Origin: Mytilus californianus
Lineage: Eukaryota
Assembly (NCBI RefSeq): GCF_021869535.1
Contig: NW_026262637.1
Location: 30,876,001-30,940,000 of the forward strand
DNA: 64,000 nt
Reading direction: 5' to 3'
Part shown: positions 22,215 through 32,150 of the stretch, piece after piece
How the letters are laid out: the number at the start of each line of letters is the position of its first letter
Position numbering within the stretch: position 1 is the first letter of the stretch
Position numbers and translations under genes: made by a program
The notes under the pieces: generated by a model
Database searches by the model: none
What the model was told of the DNA's origin: nothing
What the model saw: the letters and a program-made list of their open reading frames with translations, nothing else

Positions 22215-24712
22215 TGTATTGCTCATTGTCATTTTCCTTCATATGCTTTAAGTGACCACTACCCTGTATGCTTAAATCGAAAAATCAATACAAAGGTAAA
22301 GAAAGAAAATCATATCGAAATAAAATATAGGCGTTTCAAAAACTTTAATGAGGATGCCTTTTGTGCAGACTTACATCAAACCCCTTTTCATATTGTTGAA
22401 ATGGAAGAAGATATTGATATTTCTGTCAACAAATGGTATGAACTTTTTAATCAAGTTATTAACAAGCACGCACCAATGAAAACTAAAAGAGTAAAAATAT
22501 TTAAACAAGCCGAATGGTTCAATAAAGAAATTAAAAATTCCATTCAATACAGAAATATGTATCATTCAAAAAAAGATTGAGTAAACTTTAAAAAGTGGCG
22601 TAATAAAACAACGTCGTTAATATTTAATGCACAAAAGGAATATTATCAAAACGCTATATCTAGTTCCAAAAATAGTAAAGAACTTTGGATTCACATTAAA
22701 GAGTTAAATCAAAAAATGGATAATATTTTTCCACCTAAAATGCAGTATGAAAATCAAACTGTTTATAACCCCCAAGATATTGTTAATACACTAAATGTTC
22801 ATTTTTCTTCCGTAGCTGAAAAACTTATTTGAAATAATACTTCAGATATGGATTTTTCTAAGCTACAGACTTTTACTAGTAAAAAATTAAAGGAAACTGA
22901 AAATTTTAAATTAAAACTCATTTCTGTTGGAGAGGTGTGTTCACAACTAAAACACCTTGATATTAATAAATCCGCAGGTTTAGATGGAATTGGTCCCAAA
23001 TTTTTAAAGCTAAGTGCAGAGATAATATCGCCATCACTAACTTTTCTAATAAACAAAAGTATAACGTCGAATCGTTTTCCGCAAAAACTAAAACTTGCAA
23101 GAGTAACTGCTATACATAAAGGAGGACCAACAGATATTCCCTCCAATTATCGTCCAATTTCTATTTTAAATACCATATCTAAAATTTTTGAGAGACATGT
23201 ATGTACACAGTTATATGCATTCTTAAATAATAAAAAAATGTTACATATCGCTTAGTCAGGTTTCAGGCAAGGTCATTCATGTCAAACAGCGCTGACTATA
23301 CTAATTGATGAATGGTTAAAATATTTAGACAATGGAGAAATAGTTGGTACTGTATTTTTAGATTTCAGTAAGGCCTTATTAACCATGCCATACTTTTAGA
23401 AAAGTTAAAATTTTATCATATCGGAGGACATACGATAGATTGGATAAAATCATATTTGTCTGAGAGACAACAAGAAGTTCAATACGCTAACATTAAATCT
23501 GATAAATCGTTTGTAAAATATGGAGTGCCTCAAGGTTCTATTTTAGGTCCTCTGTTATTTTTAATTTATATAAATGATTTACCACTTCATGTTAAACAAT
23601 CCGACATGGATTTATATGCTGATGATTCAACATTGCATTTTCATAATAAAAACATTGAGAAAAATAAACAGCATATTGCAAAATGATTTAAATGCTATAT
23701 TACAATCTTGGTGTAACAATAACAGTATGAAAATTAATGCACAAAAAACAAAGTGTATGAAATTGGGTTCAAAACAAAAACTTACACAGCTATCAGAATT
23801 ATGTATTACCGTCAATGAAACATGTATTGAAAATGTCAATTCTTTCAAATTACTTGGAATTGACATTGATGAAAATTTAAGCTGGGAAGATCATGTTGAT
23901 CGTATATGCAAGATTATCTCATCTAAAATATCACTTTTGTTTAAAATTAAAGTATATTTGCCTATACACACAAGACAACTATTTCATAATGCATATATTC
24001 TACCATATATAGACTATTGTAGTTCAGTTTGGGGAAATTAATTACAAAAAGATTCAGATAGAATCATAAAACTTCAAAAAAGAGTAGCAAGAATTATATA
24101 TTTCTGTTCCATCTAATTTTATGTTTTCATCTTTAAAATGGCTATCTTTTACAAAAAGAATAAAATACCAACAATCAATTCTAATGTATAAAATTGTAAA
24201 TGGACTAACACCTGATTACTTAGCAATGCTAAATATTAATTATGTGCAACACCACAACTTACGATCTGTCTCTAATAATGATCTATTTGTCCAAGACCAA
24301 ATACAAATTTTTATAAAAAATCTTTTCATTATTCTGCAACAAAGGTATGGAATAATTTACCACTCAAAATAAAAAAATGTCGAAATGTGGAATTATTTAA
24401 GAAACATTGTTATAATCATTTTCTTGAAAATTCTATGCAAGTCTAATAAATTGTTTTCTTTCGTTTGTTGTAAGAATAATAAAATTTAATCAAAACTTTA
24501 CCAATTATTGCCATTTATTGCCATTTGTATGTTTGAATTATTGAATTGTGTATATACTAGTAACATATATACTAGTAATACTAGTAATATATATTGTATT
24601 TTAATGTATGAATGTATGAATGTTAACTGTATACATGTATTTTGTTTGAGAGCCTCAATGAAAATTAGACTACTTCTAATTGAGTTACCCTCTTTAAATA
24701 AAGAATTTATTA
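22215..24712 (+). mobile_element. 5'-truncated L2/CR1 (Crack-like) LINE with broken ORF2
   Basis: APE end LSDHYPVC; RT motifs NYRPISIL, GVPQGSILGPLLFLIYINDLP, YADD; 3' end GAGAGCCTC...GAGTTACCCTCTTTAAATAAAG. Confidence 0.9.
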
Positions 24713-24774
24713 AGTCTCCCAAACGAAGTTTGGGAAGACTTATTGTTTTTGCTCAGTTCTTATTATTATTATTA

Positions 24775-24852
24775 TTCTTCTTCTTCTTCTTCTTCTTCTT
24801 CTTCTTCTTCTTCTTCTTCTTCTTCTTCTTCTTCTTCTTCTTCTTCTTCTTC
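24775..24852 (+). repeat. (TTC)26 microsatellite preceded by short (TTA)n
   Basis: Direct reading. Confidence 0.97.
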
Positions 24853-25139
24853 CGCCGCTTTATAATTTGAACTTGTCCGCACCCGTTCTCCAAAACCGCT
24901 TGTCAGATTAACTTAGGGTTTCACAATATGCTAGACTAACATGTCTAGTGGTGCAATCAGGGTTTTGTTTGTGCATTGGGGTTTATAAAGGGGTACTTTG
25001 AGGGGCAAAAAGAAAGGAGGGTTTTACTATAGAACCCTATGGGATTTTATTTTTTAAAATTTTCAAATGATTATAAATAAAAAACCGTTTGTGATAGACA
25101 CAATCTTTTAAATTGAAAATGTTCTAAATGATAAAGCAC

Positions 25140-26485
25140 ATTCAATGAAATACAGGGTTAGTCCCCAGGGGTCATCCCCATCCCCTGCCATTTAAGAAAG
25201 TTCTAATATCTTGTAAATGGTCGAGATCCCCACCCCTAAACCATATATATTCTGGTTTGTCATGCTAAGATGATTTGAATGATATACAGGGTTAGTCCCC
25301 AGGGGTCATCCCGACCCCCTGCCATTTGAGAAAGTTTTAATATCTTGTAAATGGTTGAGATCCCCACCCCTAAACCATATATTCTGGTTTGTCATGCTAA
25401 GATGGTTTGAATGATATACAGGGTTAGTCCCCAGGGGTCATCCTGACCCCCTGCCATTTGAGAAAGTTCTAATATCTTGTAAATGGTCAAGATCCCCACC
25501 CCTAAACCATATATATTCTGGTTTGTCATGATAAAGCACATCAAATGAAATACAGGGTTAGTCCCCAGGGGTCACCCCCACCCCCTGCCATTTAAGAAAG
25601 TTCTAATATCTTGTAAATGGTTGAGATCCCCACCCCTAAACCATATATATTCTGGTTTGTCATGCTAAGATGGTTTGAATGATATACAGGGTTAGTCCCC
25701 AGGGGTCATCCTGACCCCCTGCCATTTGAGAAAGTTCTAATATCTTGTAAATGGTCGAGATCCCCACCCCTAAACCATATATTCTGGTTTGTCATGATGA
25801 AGCACATCAAATGAAATACAGGGTTAGTCCCCAGGGGGTCACCCCCACCCCCTGCCATTTAAGAAAGTTCTAATATCTTGTTAATGGTCAAGATCCCCAC
25901 CCCTAAACCATATATATTCTGGTTTGTCATGCGAAGATGGTTTGAATGATATACAGGGTTAGTCCCCAGAGGTCATCCCGACCCCCTGCCATTTGAGAAA
26001 GTTCTAATATCTTGTAAATGGTCGAGATCCCCACCCCTAAACCATATATATTCTGGTTTGTCATACCAAGATGGTTTGAATGATATACAGGGTTAGTCCC
26101 CAGAGGTCGTCCCGACCCCCTGCCATTTGAAAAAGTTCTAATATCTTGTAAATGGTCGAGATCCCCACCCCTAAACCATATATATTCCTGTTCATCATGT
26201 CTCCAACATTTGAATGACGTATACGGTCAGTCCCCAGGGGTTCCCCCCACCCCCAATGTTCTAATATCTTGTAAATGGTCGAGATCCCCACCCCTAAACC
26301 ATATATATTCCTGTTCGTTGTGTCTCAAACATTTGAATGATGTATAGGGTCAGTCCCCAGGGGTTCCCCCCACCCCAATGTTCTAGTATCTTGTAAATGG
26401 TCGAGATCCCCACCCCTAAACCATATATATTCTGGTTTGTCATGCCAAGATGATTTGAATGATATACAGGGTTAGTCCCCAGGCA
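25140..26485 (+). repeat. About 10 tandem units of 121-136 bp inside the HINE
   Basis: TACAGGGTTAGTCCCC anchor at 25151, 25285, 25417, 25551, 25685, 25817, 25952 and 26086, with variant units to 26465. Confidence 0.95.
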
Positions 26486-26621
26486 TCACTAATGCATATA
26501 ACTTTCCTGGACCAAACCAATTTTCACTGAACTATGTCCTATGTCAGGCGACTCTGGGAATTACGACTTATGGGAGCTTCGTTTGGGAGACTTCGTAACA
26601 GCATCCTGTTACAATCATTTC

Positions 26622-26677
<56 letters not shown>

Positions 26678-26889
26678 CAAATTGTAAAGATTTGGGATTG
26701 AAAGTGCTCGTGTTCATAAATCTTAATAATGATTTGTAAGGTTTATATAATGAATAACATGGCAACATTATCACTCAAGTGTAAGCAAGATGCCCAATCA
26801 CTTTGATTGAAGATATTTAGAATGCAAAGACGAAACGATGCAAGACATAGCATGTTCAGATATAATATGGCATAAACAATCCAGCATTG

Positions 26890-27015
26890 ATTCATCATTG
26901 CATTTTCATCATAATAAATTGAAAAAATAACAGCATTTTGCAAAATGGTTTAAATGCTGTAGAAACCTGGTATAACAATAACAGTATGATAATTAAAGCA
27001 TAAGAAAAGGTGTAC
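26890..27015 (+). mobile_element. Short diverged relic of the same L2 family RT region
   Basis: Similar to 23620-23760 (TCAACATTGCATTTTCAT...AACAGCAT(A/T)TTGCAAAATG...AACAATAACAGTATG). Confidence 0.7.
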
Positions 27016-28036
27016 TTAAACGAAAGCTTTATTTAGATTCTGTATAGTTACAAACTACAAAACATAAGCTCTATAGAGCTTGTAACCGAACACAATCATA
27101 CAAGCAAACTAAAAATAGAGAAGCATACATAAAAGTAAGCACAACACAAACATGGCAAAGAAAATTACACGTGCTAGCATAACTATAAGAATTGTTCCCC
27201 TGCTATAAAAAGAGGTCAGAATTTCAACAAAGCCTTTTTCGTTAATCGTTGCCTCTCGACCTAGTTTTAATGAGCACGATTCAAATGTAGTCTTTCTGAA
27301 TTGTGAAATTACTCGAGGCAACCAAAAACTGCCATAAATGAGCTTATCTTTATACTCCTTGTTCTAGAAACATTCATCAAGTTGTGAATTAAAATTATGC
27401 ACAAATCTTTAGAATATTTAAAATCTACTGGTCTGGTGATATAAATGATAAACCTTTACTATTATAAGAAGAGTTAAAACCCATAATTTCTTATATAATA
27501 AAATTATCTTAATTCTAAATTGCTCACTGATTATAGCGGGAAAAACATGGTAAACATGAATTATAACATTACAAAATTCATTAGTATAAAACATCAATAT
27601 CTTAATTTCACCAGCAAACAGTCACTAGATAATTATGAAAAATATTTGCTTAAAATCAATGTGCTTCTGCGCCTTGCTTTTCCTCCTAAAACGAGAATGA
27701 AATAATTAGAAAATAAACAACAATAATTATGATATCATTTTGTTTGCAACAATAACCATAACGAAGATAAAGTTTATAGGCTATCCTCCAGCCGCCTTGT
27801 AGTTGAATTGGACCCGATAGTATACCAAAGACCACGTGCAACCGGACTAAACATGCATCACAAGATACAAACTGATTTAGCTCTGTCCATTCTTCCAGGC
27901 TTAAAATGGAAAAAAAACATTAAAAATCAGTAAGAATTCCGACCACCAGAAATTAGAAATAATTAAAAACACACAAAACAATATTCCATTTCAAACAAAG
28001 TAATACTGCTATGAAACTGTGACATGGTCATTTGTC

Positions 28037-28797
28037 TTAATTGGAACATTTGTCTGAACATTCCGGATGAGCCTGTTGTGTCCCATCTTTCTGCAAACAA
28101 GTTGCACAAATGTGGTGAACAATCCTGACTTCACCACGAATAGTGTCCGAATGAGATAAGATTTTCTCTTCAAATTTGTTTCTTTGAAATTTATAACAAA
28201 ACCATATACTAGTATCTGATTTAGAAGAGTGTTCATTTAGAGAAGTTTTCGAACTGGATCTAAATTCTGGTGGTAAAATATTGCCGGTTAAAACAGCAGA
28301 TTCTAACACTTGAGGGTCATCTTTCCACGTTTTCTTACCAATTTCAATCTGTCGTAACCAAGCAGCATAAAAATCGAGAATAGCTGACCACTGATAAATG
28401 GATGAAAAATAGGCAACTTTTTGTAAAAGATTTAATCTATCTTCTTTTTCTGCTTTGTTTTTGAAAAAAAATTGAAATAATTTCTAATTCACCTGCGACA
28501 AACTGTTCAAAATTCAACTGCTTAAATTTCAAATCTTTATTAACATATTCAAACTGAAAATGATTGTGCGGGAAAGACTGTGTTTTTTTTAACCCTATCA
28601 GTAGATTTACTGACGAATCCAGATCTTTTCTTTTTCGCATTTTTTCTGACCTTTCTTTTCTGAGAAAACCCATCACTACTAGTAACACAACTAGAACCTG
28701 AATCAGAATCTGAACCGCTACTTGTTGAATCAGAATCAGACACAGCCGTGACAATCTTTTTCTTTTTAGAGCTCTTTATATATTTAGTTAATTTCAA
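28037..28797 (-). pseudogene. Gag-like ORF1 of a DIRS-order (Ngaro-like) tyrosine-recombinase retrotransposon, frameshifted, RT not retained
   Basis: Joined frames read FPHNHFQFEYVNK...FVAGELEIIS...FYAAWLRQIEIG...WFCYKFQRNK...HICATC...HPEC, a pattern I recall from invertebrate Ngaro/DIRS ORF1; preceded by a Ser/Asp- and Lys-rich tract. Confidence 0.65.
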
Positions 28798-29245
28798 ATG
28801 TAAATATGTAATACAAATTGTGTGTAGTTTTTAATGGAAGAAAATTTCATTTTTTTTAAATAACAATAATAAAAATAATACATGTAATAATAATTCTTTA
28901 TTTAAAGAGGGTTACACAGATAGCTGTAAAACTACTCTTCCCTGAGGCCCTCATGAAATGCATTGAAATATAACAAACAAAGAATTACAAAAATCATACA
29001 AATACACACATTAGCTAATGCATATGTAATTAATACATCACAAACTTTCCTTATTCATTTTAATATTTAATTTCCATGATTACTTATAAAAATGTGAAAC
29101 TGGACATAATTAACAATAATAAACATCTGTTTGTTAAGTAATATTATCTGTCCCTTTATCAGCATGAGATGACAGATTTACTACTCTACTTCACCATTTT
29201 ATACTCTAATAATGAAGTTACAGTAAATTTCAAACTATATGATAC

Positions 29246-30559
29246 TGTAACAAAATTGGCGTCCATCTATTAAAGTTGTATAGGATTTTACGGATTTTCG
29301 CGTATGTCTCATCAAGGGGATATAAGTAGCGCCTTTCATGAATTTATAAGTCAACTGCGATTGTCGGTTCCCTTTAAGGAAACTTGTCCCCCCCCCCAAA
29401 TTTGTGTATTGATATTGCTTTAATGGTATCGATACATTACTTTTGTTGTTATGTAGTTATTGTGTAAAGTATGGATAATTATGCTTTCAGATGTTGCTGA
29501 ATTTACCTTTATTTTGCATGCTCATGTGTGAAAATCCCAGTTCAAACATGGTTAACTGTTAAACTTTTATTATTCTTGCCTTTGTTTTTATATTCGGAAC
29601 ACCTCTCTTTTGTTCATTTCAATTGAAGTACACAAACGTTTTACCAAACACCCCGAACATAATTTTGGTAATCACCAGTTCCGGTTTTGGTAATTTAGGT
29701 ATTTTCCTAAATGGTAAATGGTAAACCAAAATGGTAAATGGTAAACCAATTCGGTAATTGGTTTACCTAAGTATAAATACAGCGGAACATTCACTAAGTC
29801 TTCAGCTCATATTTTACCCTGGGCAAGTAACTTTCGCTAATTCCAAGCGTTATAATAAAATTAAGTACCAGTTACCAGACCAAGTCGGTAGAACCAGTTA
29901 CCAAGCAGACGACAGATAACCATGTCTGAGGAGAATAGGTCCGTACATATTTTGGTTTGTTAATTCCTTTACGAGTTACACACGGAAATAACTTATTAAG
30001 TTAAACTTTATCTTTTGGCATTGAATTTGATTTACCATTTGCCGATTACCCAACTATAATAGTAAACTTTCTGGGTATATTTTTCCGCTATCCATTTTCT
30101 TTCATTTCACGATAGAAGGTTAATAATATATTTATCTATAAGATTATGATATAGTTAAGTTATTTAATATTTATCTGTATTGTTGATAATTAATGCATCT
30201 TAAAGTTAATATAAGTTGATTTTTATTTAACGAGTCTGTTATTCCTACAAACACAAATACGGAGAGTTACATACAAAACACACAAACACTTCCACAGGCC
30301 AAAAACATATTTCCAGATACACCCTTTTTTTTTTATCCAAGTCTTCACCTTACCAGAGTAACCAACCTAACCAGGGTGTGGAAAGAAACCAGAGTACCAC
30401 GAAACCAGGGTACCACGCTACCAAAGAAGGGTCTCCCGTCATAACTTTTATTTCATATATATAATTATGCATTCTTACAAGAACATTCTTATAGCAACAC
30501 ACTAAGGGATAAACATTTATAGTTTAACACTAAGGCCCGACCGCTCGGTTTTCGTTACA
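29246..30559 (+). repeat. 5' LTR (1314 bp)
   Basis: Begins TGTAACAAAATTGG, ends TTTCGTTACA; reads the same as 37271-38584. Confidence 0.97.
29772..29779 (+). promoter_or_regulatory. Candidate LTR TATA box (TATAAATA); AATAAA at 29854-29859
   Basis: Consensus match with an Inr-like TTCAGC about 30 nt downstream; position is inferred, not mapped. Confidence 0.55.
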
Positions 30560-30560
30560 G

Positions 30561-30572
30561 TGGTGGCAGCGG
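30561..30572 (+). promoter_or_regulatory. Primer binding site complementary to tRNA-Leu(AAG/UAG) 3' end
   Basis: TGGTGGCAGCGG one nt after the LTR is the reverse complement of CCGCTGCCA-CCA. Confidence 0.85.
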
Positions 30573-30650
30573 AGGCACGTACCTACATTTTTATATTCTT
30601 TAAATGAGTGTAATTATATTTAAGATAAGACATAAATAAAAATAAGTAAA

Positions 30651-32150
30651 ATGGATAGCGCGGAAAATAAATTTGAAACACCTAGGTTAACTGCCCAGGG
30701 TAGACCAGTGCTCCCCCGATCTCGGTCCTGTGAAATTTTCCATGATCTGACGCCGACCGGAGAGATAGGCATAAGAGTGAACCAAGATCAATGGCCCTCA
30801 CAAGAGAATACGAATAGATACGAAAAGGATGGTATACATCATGCTGACAATAGGCCATTGTCAGGGGATCTATCACCATCAAGGAAAGTGGCCATTGACC
30901 AAGCGAAAAACCCGGAAGTTTCAAATAGGGCAACGGTTGTGCATTTGGAAAAAAATGCAGCGCATACGGTAAAACAGAATTTTGGTGAAGAGTCAAGGAC
31001 TCTTTTGGACCATGCTGCCAGAGGGTCTAGGTATGGGTTTTGGAGTCAGAAAGCAGGGGGTTCTGCTGAGGGAGACTCCGGGAATACAAGACGAGTCGCG
31101 ACGTCTTGTGAATCCGATGCCCGACGGGGTAGATGGGATTCGGGAGATTTACCTAGGACTTTGGACCGGGGCGTACCCCATAATCAGGGGGCAACGTACC
31201 AAGCATTACCTTTGACGTCCCGCGGACGATTCAGAGTGGGGGTTAACGGGACCGACCATGAACACCGAACTGATGAAATGACCAGTAATATAAATTATGC
31301 TGGCATTAGCAATGAACCAAATTATGAGCGTGATTATGATATAAACTTACAAAATACAAAATACCACAAAAAGAAACCAGCACTTTATGATGGGGAGGGT
31401 AATTGGGAAGACTATTTAGTTCAGTTTGAATTAATTGCAGCAATTAACAAATGGTCTGACATAGAGAAAGCTTTAGAACTAGCTACTAGCTTAAGAGGTA
31501 CCGCCCAAAGTATTTTAACTGATTTAAGACCAGAGATGCGGACCAATTTTATCCAACTGACAGCCGCCTTAGCTTCTCGTTTTCAACCAGAAAACCAAGC
31601 AGAAATGTACAGGGCGCAAATGAAAAGTAAAATACGCGGACGCACAGAACAAATACCTGTGTTAGGCCAAGACATAAAACGTCTAGTAAGATTGGCGTAT
31701 CCATCAGCTCCAATGGAGGTTAGGGAACATTTAGCACGAGATTGTTTTATTGATTCCTTAAATGATGCTGACATGGAATGGGCTATCTTCCAGGCCAAAG
31801 CAAAAAATATTGATAACGCCATTCAAGTAGCTCTTGAATATGAAGCATTCCAAAATGGCAGACGTAAACACGGCACTAAGCCAGTACGTGCTGTAAATGA
31901 TAATTTTGATTTAAATAGGGAAATTTATTTGTCTGAACAAGTTGATGACATTTCAGGTCGTCTTGCAAAAATAGAAAATGATGAAAAAAATAAGAAAACT
32001 TTTTCTTGTTACCATTGTGGGGTTTCCGGTCATTTTAAAAGGGAATGTCCCCTATTGAATAACCGATCCCAACGGTTTGAAGGTAACAGACCTAACAACT
32101 CATTTCCAAGAAAAGTGGCAGACCAAATGACTGGTCGGGGAAACTATTAG
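30651..32150 (+). CDS. gag: Gypsy Gag (499 aa) with CCHC zinc knuckle
   Basis: YDGEGNWEDYL...W....KA..LA..LRG.A capsid-like region; CYHCGVSGHFKREC knuckle. Confidence 0.95.
   Translation: MDSAENKFETPRLTAQGRPVLPRSRSCEIFHDLTPTGEIGIRVNQDQWPSQENTNRYEKDGIHHADNRPLSGDLSPSRKVAIDQAKNPEVSNRATVVHLEKNAAHTVKQNFGEESRTLLDHAARGSRYGFWSQKAGGSAEGDSGNTRRVATSCESDARRGRWDSGDLPRTLDRGVPHNQGATYQALPLTSRGRFRVGVNGTDHEHRTDEMTSNINYAGISNEPNYERDYDINLQNTKYHKKKPALYDGEGNWEDYLVQFELIAAINKWSDIEKALELATSLRGTAQSILTDLRPEMRTNFIQLTAALASRFQPENQAEMYRAQMKSKIRGRTEQIPVLGQDIKRLVRLAYPSAPMEVREHLARDCFIDSLNDADMEWAIFQAKAKNIDNAIQVALEYEAFQNGRRKHGTKPVRAVNDNFDLNREIYLSEQVDDISGRLAKIENDEKNKKTFSCYHCGVSGHFKRECPLLNNRSQRFEGNRPNNSFPRKVADQMTGRGNY

Larger units (their letters stand above)
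24714..26624 (+). mobile_element. HINE/DINE-1-like element with internal ~134 bp tandem array
   Basis: Subterminal inverted repeats GTCTCCCAAACGAAG (24714) and CTTCGTTTGGGAGAC (26577), 5' microsatellite, 3' hairpin GTAACAG-CATC-CTGTTAC (26595-26612), T-rich insertion site. Confidence 0.85.

Noticed and set aside
24508-24870. 120 aa ORF with a poly-Phe tract
   Set aside because: Translation artefact of the (TTA)n(TTC)26 microsatellite.
25140-26485. Regular repeat array as a CRISPR
   Set aside because: Whole units are repeated with no unique spacers, there are no cas genes, and the context is eukaryotic; the same applies to the other arrays.
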